This document shows positions 54,534 to 64,000 of a stretch of DNA of 64,000 nucleotides, piece by piece. Made by a program: the position numbers and the translations under genes. Under the pieces are notes generated by a model. That model had not been told where the DNA came from. It saw nothing but the letters and a program-made list of their open reading frames with translations, and did not search any database. Position 1 is the stretch's first letter, and each line of letters begins with the position of its first letter. Source of the stretch: an uncultured delta proteobacterium (lineage in GTDB: Bacteria > Desulfobacterota > Binatia > Binatales > Binataceae). The stretch covers positions 3,508-67,507 of the forward strand of contig CAVVGR010000005.1 of assembly GCA_963747845.1 (NCBI GenBank), written 5' to 3'.

Positions 54534-56861
54534 CTACGCGGGTGGTGGCGTCGACGATGCTGGCGCGGGTTCCGGCTGCGCGATGACGGGTGCAGGAGCC
54601 TTGTAGCCGCATTCCTTGTTGGCGCATTGCCAGGTGATGCCGGTGCGCTTCAGGTCTTTCTCGACCATGTAGTTCGCGCCGCATGACGGGCATGGCTGCA
54701 GCACTACTTTGTTCCATGCGGCGAATTTGCATTTCGGGTAGCGGCCGCATCCGAAGAAAATTTTCCCGCGCCGGCTGCGACGCTCGAGGATTTCGCCCTC
54801 TTTGCATTCCGGGCATGCGACTCCCGTCTTGGTCGGTTCCGATTGCAGGCGCTTGATGCCGTCGCAGTCCGGATAACCCGAGCATCCGAGGAACTCGCCG
54901 AAGCGCGAGCGGCGCTTGACCATCGGCTTGCCGCATTTCTCGCAGACTTCGTCGCTCGGCACCGGCGCCGACGGCTTGAGTGAGACAGTGCCCTGCTCGT
55001 CGCGAGCGATTTCTCCAGTGTTGGTGCATTTGGGGTAATTCGAGCAGGCGAGGAACTCGCCGTTGCGCCCCCATTTGATCACCATGTCGCCGCCGTCGAG
55101 CTCGCACTTGAGTCCGGTGGGCAGGCCCTTGTGCTTGATCTCCGGCATCTTCTTCTTGGCGTCGGCCAGGTCCTTCGCGAACGGGCCGTAGAAGCGCTTC
55201 ATCGTCTTCACCCAGTTCTCGGTACCCTCTTCGACCTTGTCGAGGTCCTCTTCGAACTGCGCGGTGAAGCTGGATTCGAGGATGTCGGGGAACGCCTTGA
55301 CGAGCATGTCGTTGACGACGCGGCCGAGCGACGTCGGGCGCATCCGCTTGCTCTCGTCCTCTTCGACGTACTCGACCCGCAGGATGCTGGTCATGATTGC
55401 GGCGTAGGTCGAAGGGCGGCCGATGCCCTGCTCTTCGAGCTCCTTGATGAGCGTGGCCTGCGTGTAGCGCGGCGGCGGCTGCGTGAAATGCTGCTCGGGA
55501 TCGAGGCCGAGCAGAGTGAGCGTCTCGCCTTCGTTGAGCAGCGGCAGCGTGCCCTCTTCGTCGTCGGCGGAAGTGTCGTCCTGGCCTTCGATATACACGC
55601 GCATGAAGCCGTCGAACTTCATCACCTGGCCGGTGGCGCGGAAAATCGCGTCGGCCGATTCGATGTCCACGGTGGTGCGGTCGTACACCGCCGGCGTCAT
55701 CTGGCTGGAGACGAAGCGGTTATAAATCAGCGTGTAGAGCGCGAGCGCGTCCTTGTCGAGGTAGCGCGCAATCGACTCAGGGTCGCGCTCGACGGCAGTC
55801 GGGCGAATCGCTTCATGCGCGCCCTGCGCCTGCTTGCCGGATTTGTAGAAGTTCGGCTTTTCGGGAACGTAATCCTTGCCGTAGCGCCCCTCAATATGGT
55901 TGCGGACGGACTCGAGCGCCTGGTCCGAGACGCGCGGCGAATCGGTGCGCATATAAGTGATAAGGCCGACCGCGCCCTGCTCGCCCAGCTCGACGCCTTC
56001 GTACAGCTTCTGCGCTATCTGCATCGTGCGCCGCGGCTGATAGTACAGCTTGCGCGAGGCCTCCTGCTGGAGGCGCGACGTGATGAACGGGGGTGTCGGG
56101 CTGCGGCGGACTTCCTTGCGCTCGACGCTTTTGACTTTGAACGGCGACGCCTCGACGGCCGCGATAATCTCGCGCGCCTGCGCCTCGGGCAGCTTGTAGG
56201 CCTTATTGTCGATGCGATCGTCTTTGTAGCTATAGAGCCGCGCCTTGAACGGCGGCGGATTCTTGCCTGATAAGCGGGCATCGAGGGTCCAGTATTCCTC
56301 GGCGCGGAATGCCTCGCGCTCGCGCTCGCGGTCAACGATTATCCGGAGCGCAACCGACTGCACCCGGCCGGCGCTGATCCCGCGCTTGACCTTGTCCCAC
56401 AGCAGGGGGCTCAGCTTGTACCCGACGAGGCGATCCAGCACGCGGCGCGCCTGGTAGGCGTCGAACAGGTTGTGATCGAGCTTCGAGGGATGCTCGACGG
56501 CCTCTTTGACGGCAGCCGCGGTGATTTCATGCAGGAGCACGCGGCTGACCTTGGACTTGGTTTTGCCGAGATGCTCGGAAATATGCCACGCGATAGCCTC
56601 GCCTTCGCGGTCGGGGTCGCTGGCGAGGTAGATGTTTTCCTTACCCTTGGCGGCGGTCTTGATCTCGCCGATTATCTTCTCTTTGCCCTTGATTACGACG
56701 AAATCCGGGGCGAAATTGTGCTCAATATCGACTCCCAGCTTGCTTTTGGGCAGGTCCACGACATGGCCGACGGACGGCATTACCTGGTAATCGCTACCCA
56801 GGTAACGCTTGATCGTTTTCGCCTTTGCCGGCGATTCGACGATTACGAGATTTTTTGCCAC
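54534..56861 (-). CDS. topA: DNA topoisomerase I
   Basis: LVIVESPAKAKTI, ASDPDREGE, SAGRVQ, ITYMRTDS, AHEAIRPT, GIGRPSTY, C-terminal zinc ribbons. Confidence 0.97.
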   Translation of the reverse strand: MAKNLVIVESPAKAKTIKRYLGSDYQVMPSVGHVVDLPKSKLGVDIEHNFAPDFVVIKGKEKIIGEIKTAAKGKENIYLASDPDREGEAIAWHISEHLGKTKSKVSRVLLHEITAAAVKEAVEHPSKLDHNLFDAYQARRVLDRLVGYKLSPLLWDKVKRGISAGRVQSVALRIIVDREREREAFRAEEYWTLDARLSGKNPPPFKARLYSYKDDRIDNKAYKLPEAQAREIIAAVEASPFKVKSVERKEVRRSPTPPFITSRLQQEASRKLYYQPRRTMQIAQKLYEGVELGEQGAVGLITYMRTDSPRVSDQALESVRNHIEGRYGKDYVPEKPNFYKSGKQAQGAHEAIRPTAVERDPESIARYLDKDALALYTLIYNRFVSSQMTPAVYDRTTVDIESADAIFRATGQVMKFDGFMRVYIEGQDDTSADDEEGTLPLLNEGETLTLLGLDPEQHFTQPPPRYTQATLIKELEEQGIGRPSTYAAIMTSILRVEYVEEDESKRMRPTSLGRVVNDMLVKAFPDILESSFTAQFEEDLDKVEEGTENWVKTMKRFYGPFAKDLADAKKKMPEIKHKGLPTGLKCELDGGDMVIKWGRNGEFLACSNYPKCTNTGEIARDEQGTVSLKPSAPVPSDEVCEKCGKPMVKRRSRFGEFLGCSGYPDCDGIKRLQSEPTKTGVACPECKEGEILERRSRRGKIFFGCGRYPKCKFAAWNKVVLQPCPSCGANYMVEKDLKRTGITWQCANKECGYKAPAPVIAQPEPAPASSTPPPA

Positions 56862-56948
56862 CGATTTAGTCGCCTCTAAGCTCCGTACCCAACCTCGCAG
56901 GTTTCGCGCCATGTCCCCCGGCGCTTCAGGGCTTACACCCTGCCAGAG

Positions 56949-58140
56949 TTACGCCAGCGAGAAAAGCTTGCCCGGATGCTGAGTAACACGGCCCTCCAGT
57001 TCCAACTCAAGCAACAACCTAAGCACGGTTTGGGCATTTAGCCCGGATGACTCAATTATTGAGTCAACATGGAGCCTTTCAGATTCTTTTAAATGATTCA
57101 AGATTGTTGAAACACTATCAACTACTGCTTCGAGCGTCTTGACGCCTTCAACCGTGCCGGTCACCCAAATCTCCGCGGCGCCTACTGATATATTAGACGG
57201 TGGCGATGACGCAATCGGTTCGACTGGCGGTTGCGGGATCCTGACCGAAATGCGCGGGCCGGCCATCTGAGGCGCCAGCTCCTCGATCACGTCCTCGACG
57301 CATTCAACCAGCTTCGCGCCCTCCTTCAGCAGGCGGTTGCTGCCGCGCGTCTTGCCGCTAAGCGGGCTGCCGGGGACGGCAAACACCTGCCGGTCCTGCT
57401 CGAGCGCCATCCGTGCCGTGATGAGCGAGCCGCTTTTTTCAGCAGCCTCGACGATCACGACACCCAGGCAGAGCCCTGACAGGATACGATTGCGGGTCGG
57501 GAAGTTTTCGGCCAGCGGCTGCGTGCCAATCGGCAGCTCGCTTACCAGCGCGCCGCCGCCCGCGATGATCGCGTCGGCCAGCTTGCGATGCTCCGGCGGA
57601 TAGATGACGTCGACGCCGCATCCCAGCACGGCAATCGTTGTGCCGCGAGCGTCGAGGGCCCCCTGATGCGCCTCGCCGTCGATTCCGCGCGCCAGCCCGC
57701 TCACGACGGTAAAGCCCTTGGCCGCGAGCTCAAGGCCCAGCCGCTGCGCCATTCGGCGCCCGATATCGCTGCCCGCGCGCGCGCCGACGATCGCGATACA
57801 ATTGGCGCCAGTCATCGGGGCGGTGCCACGCACGAACAGGAACGGCGGCGGGTCTGCGATTTGGCGCAGATTCGGGCGGATAGTCGGCGTCGGTCCATTT
57901 GACCAGGCGCGCGCCGAGATTGGGCAGCTCGCACAGCTCCTTTTCGAGCGGCTCGAAGTCGCGGAACTGCGCGATATTTTGCGCCGTGTTGCGGGGAACC
58001 CCGGCGGCCGCGACCTCGTCGGCGCTGAGCTGGAATATTTTCTCGGGCGTGCCGAACTTCTCGATCAACAGCTTGCAGGTTCGCGGACCGACGCCGCGCG
58101 CCCTTCTCAATGCGAGCCAATAAACGTCTGGTGACGGCAT
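56949..58140 (-). CDS. dprA: DNA processing protein DprA; frameshift near 57875
   Basis: AIVGAR, VSGLARGIDG, VLGCGVD, FPTRNRILSGL, SGSLITA, FAVPG, GSNRLLKEGA. Confidence 0.93.
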
Positions 58141-58411
58141 CGCGCACCACCCGCGGCAATTTCGCGGATGCTCCCCCTCTCGGTCGACAGCCAGTTAACT
58201 ACCGGCGCCGTGATATAAATAAGTTGTTCTCAATGCCGGGGATTCGCAACCTCTTCGGCAAAACGGCGTATTCTCCGGGTGGTCGCGGACGCATCCTGAG
58301 GGCGCGTTTCATTGACCGTGCGGGACGGATCGCATAAGTTACGCGCAACCGTCTTGTCCGCTACTATTAGAAAGTGGCCGTGTCTGATTGACGGCTGACG
58401 GAGGATTGGTA

Positions 58412-58993
58412 TTGAGCGCATCACTGGGAAACATGGATTTCACTGGAATGTCCGCGGTGGATAAGCAGATTCTTGTCTTCAGCTTTTATCGTGACGCCGA
58501 ATTGCGAGGCGCGCGTTTACTGTTCAACCTCCTCGGACATATGAAGGACGGCGAGTCGCAGCTCAAGATGACCGCGCATCTGGCGGACGAGACCCGCCAT
58601 GCTTTCCTCTGGACCAAGCGAATCTCGGACCTCGGCGGCGCGCCTATCCTCATCGACGACGGCTACCAGCGCCGCCTTGGCCTGCGCACCGGCGTGCCGA
58701 AGACGATCATCGACCTGCTCGCGCTGACGGTCGTGGTCGAAGAGCGCGCGCAGAGCCGCTACAACGCGCATATGGCGCTGCCCAATGTTGACCCGGAGAC
58801 GATGGAAGTCCTGAAGTCAGTGACCAAGGACGAATCGTGGCATCTGTCGTGGATCGAAAAAGAGATGCACGAGATCGCCAAGGAGCAGGGCAACGAAGAG
58901 CAGGCCGACAAGGCGCTCGAGCGCTACCGCAGGATCGATCGCGAAGTCTACGCGACGATCGCGGCAGATGAAGCCGAGCTGATGCGCGCGTAG
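58412..58993 (+). CDS. Ferritin-like (diiron-carboxylate) protein
   Basis: E, DETRH, EE, DESWH ligand pattern; GGAGG RBS before TTG 58412. Confidence 0.8.
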   Translation: MSASLGNMDFTGMSAVDKQILVFSFYRDAELRGARLLFNLLGHMKDGESQLKMTAHLADETRHAFLWTKRISDLGGAPILIDDGYQRRLGLRTGVPKTIIDLLALTVVVEERAQSRYNAHMALPNVDPETMEVLKSVTKDESWHLSWIEKEMHEIAKEQGNEEQADKALERYRRIDREVYATIAADEAELMRA

Positions 58994-59098
58994 CGCGCCC
59001 CGCATTTCCGTTATTTTTCCTGGAGTCGCAGAACCCTCACCTGGCGGCCGCGTTGCGTCCGCGGTCCGCACGATTTTGCGCGTCTCGAATTGGAATCG

Positions 59099-59154
59099 CC
59101 TCCCCCTAAGTGGGGGGAGGCCGACGCTCGTCTTCGAGCGGCGGGTGGAGGACC
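59099..59154 (+). repeat. REP-like repeat copy
   Basis: CCTCCCCC-TAAGT-GGGGGGAGG, hairpin CGCTCG-TCTT-CGAGCG, then GGGTGGAGGACC. Confidence 0.7.
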
Positions 59155-59220
59155 TTATCGTCTGAAAATTTCTGCGACGCACCAGAGATGCCGCGCACCA
59201 GTCATCCGCGCGGCATATCG

Positions 59221-59257
59221 TCCTCCACCCTAACCCTCCCCCCACTCGCGGGGGAGG
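59221..59257 (-). repeat. REP-like repeat copy (inverted)
   Basis: Reverse strand reads CCCTCCCCC-GCGAGT-GGGGGAGGG-TTA-GGGTGGAGGA. Confidence 0.7.
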
Positions 59258-59293
59258 GAACCAGAGGTTTCACATACGATAAAGTTCTGCGAT

Positions 59294-60178
59294 TTACGCG
59301 CTGCGCGCTAACGCCGCGCCGCGGCGCGCGGCGAGCTCCGCGTTCAGATCGAGGCGCATCGCCTCGGCGTATTCGGCGGCGGCCTCTACAGGGTTGGCGC
59401 CTTCTTTTTTCTTATACGCGTACATCAGGCTTCGGCTCGCATTGACGATGAATCCGGTGCCGTCGGCGCGCGCCGACGCGACTGCGTCCGCCGCCGTGCC
59501 GCCTTGAGTGCCGTATCCTGGCACGAGGATCGTCGCGGCCGGCATCAGCTCTCGCGCGCGCCGCGCCTGGACGGGATAGGTCGCGCCGACAACGGCGCCG
59601 ACTGAGCTGAGGCCGCTGTCGCCGATAAAATCGCCGCCCCATCCGTTGACGCGCGCCGCTACCGACTCCCAAATCGGGCGGCTGGGTGCGTTGAGATCCT
59701 GAAATTCTCCCGACGACGGATTCGACGTCTTCACGAGCACGAAGATGCCGCGGCCGTTTTTCACTTTCGCGATAAACGGCATCAGCGCGTCGCTGCCCTG
59801 GTACGGGTTGACGGTGACGGCGTCGGAACTGAAGTCGCCGTCGCCGAGAAAAGCCTCGGCGTACGCGGCCGACGTCGTGCCGATATCGCCGCGCTTCGCA
59901 TCCGCGATCGTTATCAAGCCAAGCCGCCGCGCGACCTTGACGACCTCGCAAAACGCGCGCATCCCTTCGAGTCCGCGCGCTTCGTAAAACGCAAGCTGCG
60001 GCTTGACGGCGACCGCGGAGCGCGCGCATGCCTCGACGATCTCGCAACAAAAGCTGGTCAGGGTGTACCCGTGCGGGATTCCGGGCGTGCCGGGCGCATC
60101 GAGCTGAGGGTCGATTCCGAGCACCACGACGCTGTCTTTGAGACGCGACGCATGTGCAAGGCGATCGGCAAAGTTCAT
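59294..60178 (-). CDS. pyrF: Orotidine-5'-phosphate decarboxylase
   Basis: LGIDP, VKPQLAFYE, DAKRGDIGTT, TVNPY, KTSNP, VVGAT, LVPGYGTQGG, VNASRS. Confidence 0.95.
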   Translation of the reverse strand: MNFADRLAHASRLKDSVVVLGIDPQLDAPGTPGIPHGYTLTSFCCEIVEACARSAVAVKPQLAFYEARGLEGMRAFCEVVKVARRLGLITIADAKRGDIGTTSAAYAEAFLGDGDFSSDAVTVNPYQGSDALMPFIAKVKNGRGIFVLVKTSNPSSGEFQDLNAPSRPIWESVAARVNGWGGDFIGDSGLSSVGAVVGATYPVQARRARELMPAATILVPGYGTQGGTAADAVASARADGTGFIVNASRSLMYAYKKKEGANPVEAAAEYAEAMRLDLNAELAARRGAALARSA

Positions 60179-60277
60179 CGAGCGGATTATCTCACAGGGC
60201 CGCATCGATGTCACATCGGGCGTTGCCTTTTCGCATCCGCCGCGGGCATCCTTTGGAGCAACGACGGGAATAGACGC

Positions 60278-60986
60278 ATGAACAACCTGACTATCGTCAC
60301 CAAGCTTCGTTTTATCGCCGTGCTGACGCCGGCGATTCTGCTGATCGTAGCGGCCGTGATTGCGGGCGCGTTCCATTTCTTTGGGCTGATGCCGCAAGCG
60401 ATCTACGAGAACGAATATGCGGCCGCGCGCGCGGCGGCCGGGATGGAAAACGCGCTCTACAAAATGGATTGGGGACGCACGCAGCCCGACGCCTCGCAAA
60501 TCGTGATGGATCAGCAGCGCGGCTTCATCGGTGAAATCGAGGTCGCCCGCCAGCACATCACCAGCACTGACCAGGCCGATCGAATTGAGAAAATAGCCAA
60601 CGACGCGCGCCCGCTGTTCGACGCGCTGCGCACGGCGGCGCCCGGCGACGACAGCCTCGAGCCACGCCTGCGCGATCTGGAAGGCACGATCGCCGATCTG
60701 ATGAGCGTCGACGACGCAGCGCTGATGGCAGTCGCGTCCAACACCGAAGCGAAAGCCCGCACCATGATCGCAATCACAGTCGCAGGACTGGTGGCGGTCC
60801 CATGGATTTGTTTCGTCGTGATAACGCGCCTGTCAGGCAACCTGTACGCGGAACTAAAAAAAATGCGCGCTCGTCTCAACACGATGGCCGAGCACGCAGC
60901 CAACTCCATCCGAAGACATCAAGGTCCTCGACGAATCCCTGACCAATCTAGGCTTCCCAGAGCCAAACCCAATGCTGGCCGAGTAG
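60278..60986 (+). CDS. Membrane protein with TM - helical periplasmic domain - TM architecture and no output domain; probable frameshift near 60895
   Basis: Two hydrophobic segments flank a helical domain containing ENEYAAARAAAGMENAL. Confidence 0.65.
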
Positions 60987-61055
60987 CTTGTCTGGACGAT
61001 GTCCGGATGACTGCACTTTTTTCAGCGGCGAGTCGCGGAGACGAGGAGATTTAAA

Positions 61056-61472
61056 ATGAGCGGCGCGGTTTTTGGCGGATGCGCCTGCGGGGCGATCCGT
61101 TACAGCTACGAGGGCGAGCCGCTCTTCGCGATGAATTGTCACTGCCGGGATTGTCAGCGTGAAACCGGCAGCGCGTATGTTCCGGTCCTCGGCGTTCCCG
61201 CAGCTACCTTCCGAGTAATTCAGGGGAGTCCGAAGTTCTTTGACGTCAGGGCTGATAGCGGGAACACGACGCGGCGGGCATTCTGCGCCGACTGCGGATC
61301 GCCGCTCTTCGGCCTGCCCGGTGTCAGCGGCGAGATGGTCACGATTCGAGTCGGCAGCCTCGACGATCCGAGCATCTATCGTCCGAGCCAGGACGTTTAC
61401 ACTTCGCGCGCGCAGCCGTGGGACTACATGAACCCGGATTTGCCCAAGTCCTCGAAGCTGCCAAACAGTTAG
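61056..61472 (+). CDS. GFA/CENP-V family Zn-binding protein
   Basis: CACG, CHCRDCQR, FCADCGSPL. Confidence 0.92.
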   Translation: MSGAVFGGCACGAIRYSYEGEPLFAMNCHCRDCQRETGSAYVPVLGVPAATFRVIQGSPKFFDVRADSGNTTRRAFCADCGSPLFGLPGVSGEMVTIRVGSLDDPSIYRPSQDVYTSRAQPWDYMNPDLPKSSKLPNS

Positions 61473-61477
61473 GCGTT

Positions 61478-62160
61478 CTACCGCTTCTTGAGCTTTGCGG
61501 ATTTCTTCGCGGGCGGCTTTGGCGCGCCGTCGGGCAGCACTATGTCGAGGCTGCGCCACAGGTACCAGGCTGCTGCGGTTCTGTACGGACGCCATCGCTC
61601 GGCATGCTTCAGCAGGCGCTTGCGATTGGGCCGTTGGCGCATCCGGTAGTGGCGCTTGACCGCGTTCTGAACGCCCAGGTCGTCGGCCGGCATCACGTCG
61701 GGACGGCCCGAGGTGGAACATCAGGAACATTTCAGCGGTCCATTTGCCGATGCCCTTGACCTGGGTGAGATGCGCGACGATCTCGTCATCGGTCATTTTA
61801 TGGAAGCGATCGAAATTCAGCTTGCCGTCGCGAACGTGCGTGGCCAGGTCCTTTATATAGAGCGCCTTTTTTTCCGAGAGGCCGACGCTGCGCAGTTCCG
61901 CGTCAGACCTGGCGAGCACTTGTTCCGGCGACGGGAACTCGACGTCGGGAAACAGCGCGACGAAGCGGCCGTAGATAGCGTTGGCGGCGGCGCCTGCGAG
62001 CTGCTGAAAAATTATCGCGCGCGCCAATGCCTGGAAGCGCTCGCGCCGGGGCGTGATTCCCAGCGCACCGACCTCGGCGATAATCCGTGCGAGGACCGGG
62101 TCGGCCTTGCTAAGATGAATCCGCGCCTTGCGCGCGTATGAAACTTTGTCGGATCGGCAT
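61478..62160 (-). CDS. DNA-3-methyladenine glycosylase II (AlkA, HhH-GPD family); frameshifts near 62140 and 61712
   Basis: IIFQQL, LRSVGLS, VKGIGKWTAEM, PADDLG, WRPYRTAAAWYLW. Confidence 0.9.
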
Positions 62161-62210
62161 CGGCGGTTCGCCGAATCTTGCACGCCTGCTAATGTCATTC
62201 AATCGGTACC

Positions 62211-62660
62211 ATGAGCGAAGACACCAGACTCCCGATGTGCTCCGACAACCTGCACGAAGGCATGCGCCTGGGGCCGATTCATTACGTCATTGCGCCCGAG
62301 CGGGCGCGCGCGTTTGCGGATGCGGTCAAGGCCACGAATCCCGACTTCATCGTCGATGAACGCAACCCGGACGCGATCGTGTCGCCCACCATGCGCTTGC
62401 CGGATTACGCGCTGCTGATCGCGGCTCATTTCAAAGGTGGCAGCGGCGGAGTTCATGCCAAGCACTGGTGCGAGTTTCATGAGCCGATGCGCGTGGGGCA
62501 GGCGATTAAGACCGAAGGCACGATCACTGCGACCTATCGCAAGCGCGGCAAGTTTTACTTCACGCTGGAATACGAATCGCGCGACGCGGTGACCGACCAG
62601 CTGCTGATGCGCCAGGCGATCACGTCGGTGCTGCTGAACGATAAGGGAGAGATGCGATGA
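62211..62660 (+). CDS. MaoC/hot-dog fold dehydratase-like protein (subunit 1)
   Basis: VHAKHWCEFHEPMRVG, YRKRGK; coupled to the next gene. Confidence 0.7.
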   Translation: MSEDTRLPMCSDNLHEGMRLGPIHYVIAPERARAFADAVKATNPDFIVDERNPDAIVSPTMRLPDYALLIAAHFKGGSGGVHAKHWCEFHEPMRVGQAIKTEGTITATYRKRGKFYFTLEYESRDAVTDQLLMRQAITSVLLNDKGEMR

Positions 62661-63094
62661 GCGCGGCGACGGCTGAGATTCGAATCGGCGCGCAGCTCGT
62701 TTCGGCGCCGTACATTCTCGATGAGGCCGCGGCGAAGGCCTATCATGACGGCATCGAGTTGCCGCCGCGGCGCCGCCCGCCGCGCGGCATCCACGACGAC
62801 CAGGACGCGGCGCGCAAAGCGGGGTTCGTCGCGCCAATCGCCGGCGGCGCACAGACTATCGCGGTCATCGCGCAATTCCTCGCGGAGACCTTCGGCATGC
62901 GCTTCGTCCGCGGCGGACGGATCGAAGTAGCGCTCACCAAACCGGTGCTCTTCGGCGATACGATAATCTCGCACGCGAAAATCGTCTCCGTCGATCCAAA
63001 AGCAAATCGTGCCGAGCTGCAGATTCATGTCGAGAATCAGCGCGGCGAAGAGGTGCTGACCGGCACCGCCGCGGTCCGGCTCGGCGACGCATGA
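62657..63094 (+). CDS. MaoC/hot-dog fold dehydratase-like protein (subunit 2)
   Basis: IHDDQDAARKAGFVAPIA, KPVLFGDT; ATGA overlap. Confidence 0.75.
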   Translation: MSAATAEIRIGAQLVSAPYILDEAAAKAYHDGIELPPRRRPPRGIHDDQDAARKAGFVAPIAGGAQTIAVIAQFLAETFGMRFVRGGRIEVALTKPVLFGDTIISHAKIVSVDPKANRAELQIHVENQRGEEVLTGTAAVRLGDA

Positions 63095-64000
63095 GCGCCG
63101 GGACGATTCCCGGTTCGAGCGACGCGCCGCGCGACGAAGTCTCCGGCCGCGCGCGCGACGCCGCTCTGGCGCAAGGCGATTCCGTACCTCGGCACCGTCG
63201 CGATCTTCGCGCTGATCTTCTGGCGCATCCCGCTTCGCAAAGTCGAACAGGCGCTGTCGCAGGTGCCGATCCTCGATTTCCTGGCGGTGTTCATGCCGTA
63301 CTCGCTGTTTTACTGCGCGATCGATTCGGCGTGCCTCACCTGGGTGGTGCGGCGCTTCAATGCCCGGATGAACTATCGCGACATCCTGCCGATTCGCGCG
63401 AGCATGTACGTACTGGCGCTGATCAACACCAGCCTCGCGCAAGGCGGCGTCGCGTATTATCTGCATCGCAAAGCAGGAGTCAGCTTTCTGAGCGCACTCA
63501 GTTCGGTGTTGTTCATCGCGCTGCTCGAGATTTACCAGCTCTTTCTGTTCTCGACGCTGGGAGTGATCTTCTATACGCCGGTCGGCGACGCGCAGATAAG
63601 GATCGTCGCGATCCTTCGCGTCGTGTACATCGCGGCATGGGCGGTGCTCGCGGGAATCATCATCTTCTTCGCGATTGCACGGCGGAGCGAGCGGATTCGC
63701 AACTGGGTCGAGAACGGGAGAGCGGGCGCATTGCTGGCGACTTACATACAGGCGCGGCCGCTGGACTACCTGGTGGTGCTGTCGATCAAGGCGCCGACGT
63801 TTCTCGCGTCAGTGGTCGCGCAATATTACGCGCTCGCGCTGTATGGAATCGCGATACCGTTCGTGAAGCTGATGCTGTTTCTGCCGCTGGTGTTCCTGGC
63901 GGCTGCGCTGCCGATCGCGGTCGCTCATCTCGGCACCAGCCAGGCGGCATGGCTGCTGTTCTTCTCGAGCAATGCATCGCCGGTGAAAATTGTCGCCTAC
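63091..64000 (+). CDS. Lysylphosphatidylglycerol-synthase TM-like (UPF0104 flippase-like) membrane protein; 3' truncated, frameshift near 63150
   Basis: Uninterrupted hydrophobic frame (PLWRKAIPYLGTVAIFALIFWRI...LPIAVAHLGTSQAAW) running to the window end. Confidence 0.7.
   Translation, partial: MSAGTIPGSSDAPRDEVSGRARDAALAQGDSVPRHRRDLRADLLAHPASQSRTGAVAGADPRFPGGVHAVLAVLLRDRFGVPHLGGAALQCPDELSRHPADSREHVRTGADQHQPRARRRRVLSASQSRSQLSERTQFGVVHRAARDLPALSVLDAGSDLLYAGRRRADKDRRDPSRRVHRGMGGARGNHHLLRDCTAERADSQLGRERESGRIAGDLHTGAAAGLPGGAVDQGADVSRVSGRAILRARAVWNRDTVREADAVSAAGVPGGCAADRGRSSRHQPGGMAAVLLEQCIAGENCRL

Overview
High-GC bacterial chromosome segment (about 60-65% GC by eye). The gene content suggests a soil Deltaproteobacteria-like or Ca. 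Binatota organism, which is a low-confidence inference. It is mostly housekeeping and accessory metabolism: a Mo-hydroxylase end, Zn alcohol dehydrogenases, mtnA, peptide transporters, ppx/ppk1, a TonB system, GT-C glycosyltransferases, hup-trmFO, an ECF42 module, topA-dprA and pyrF. I found no rRNA, tRNA, CRISPR array, transposase or phage genes. More than 20 genes carry single-base frameshifts, many in homopolymers, which most likely reflects long-read assembly error. Coordinates of those genes are reconstructed by eye. Best leads: (1) an exported rhodanese with an in-frame TGA at a Cys-aligned position followed by a SECIS-like hairpin, i.e. a probable selenoprotein missed by the ORF track; (2) a CxxC/RAPP leader peptide with an anti-SD helix upstream of a TonB-receptor-exbBD-tonB operon; (3) a ppx / tandem thymidylate-kinase-like pair / sixA operon, possibly a new polyphosphate enzyme system; (4) a promoter-bearing two-hairpin sRNA candidate; (5) a candidate novel nucleoid-associated protein; (6) a REP-like palindrome family, two copies of which bracket a single gene.
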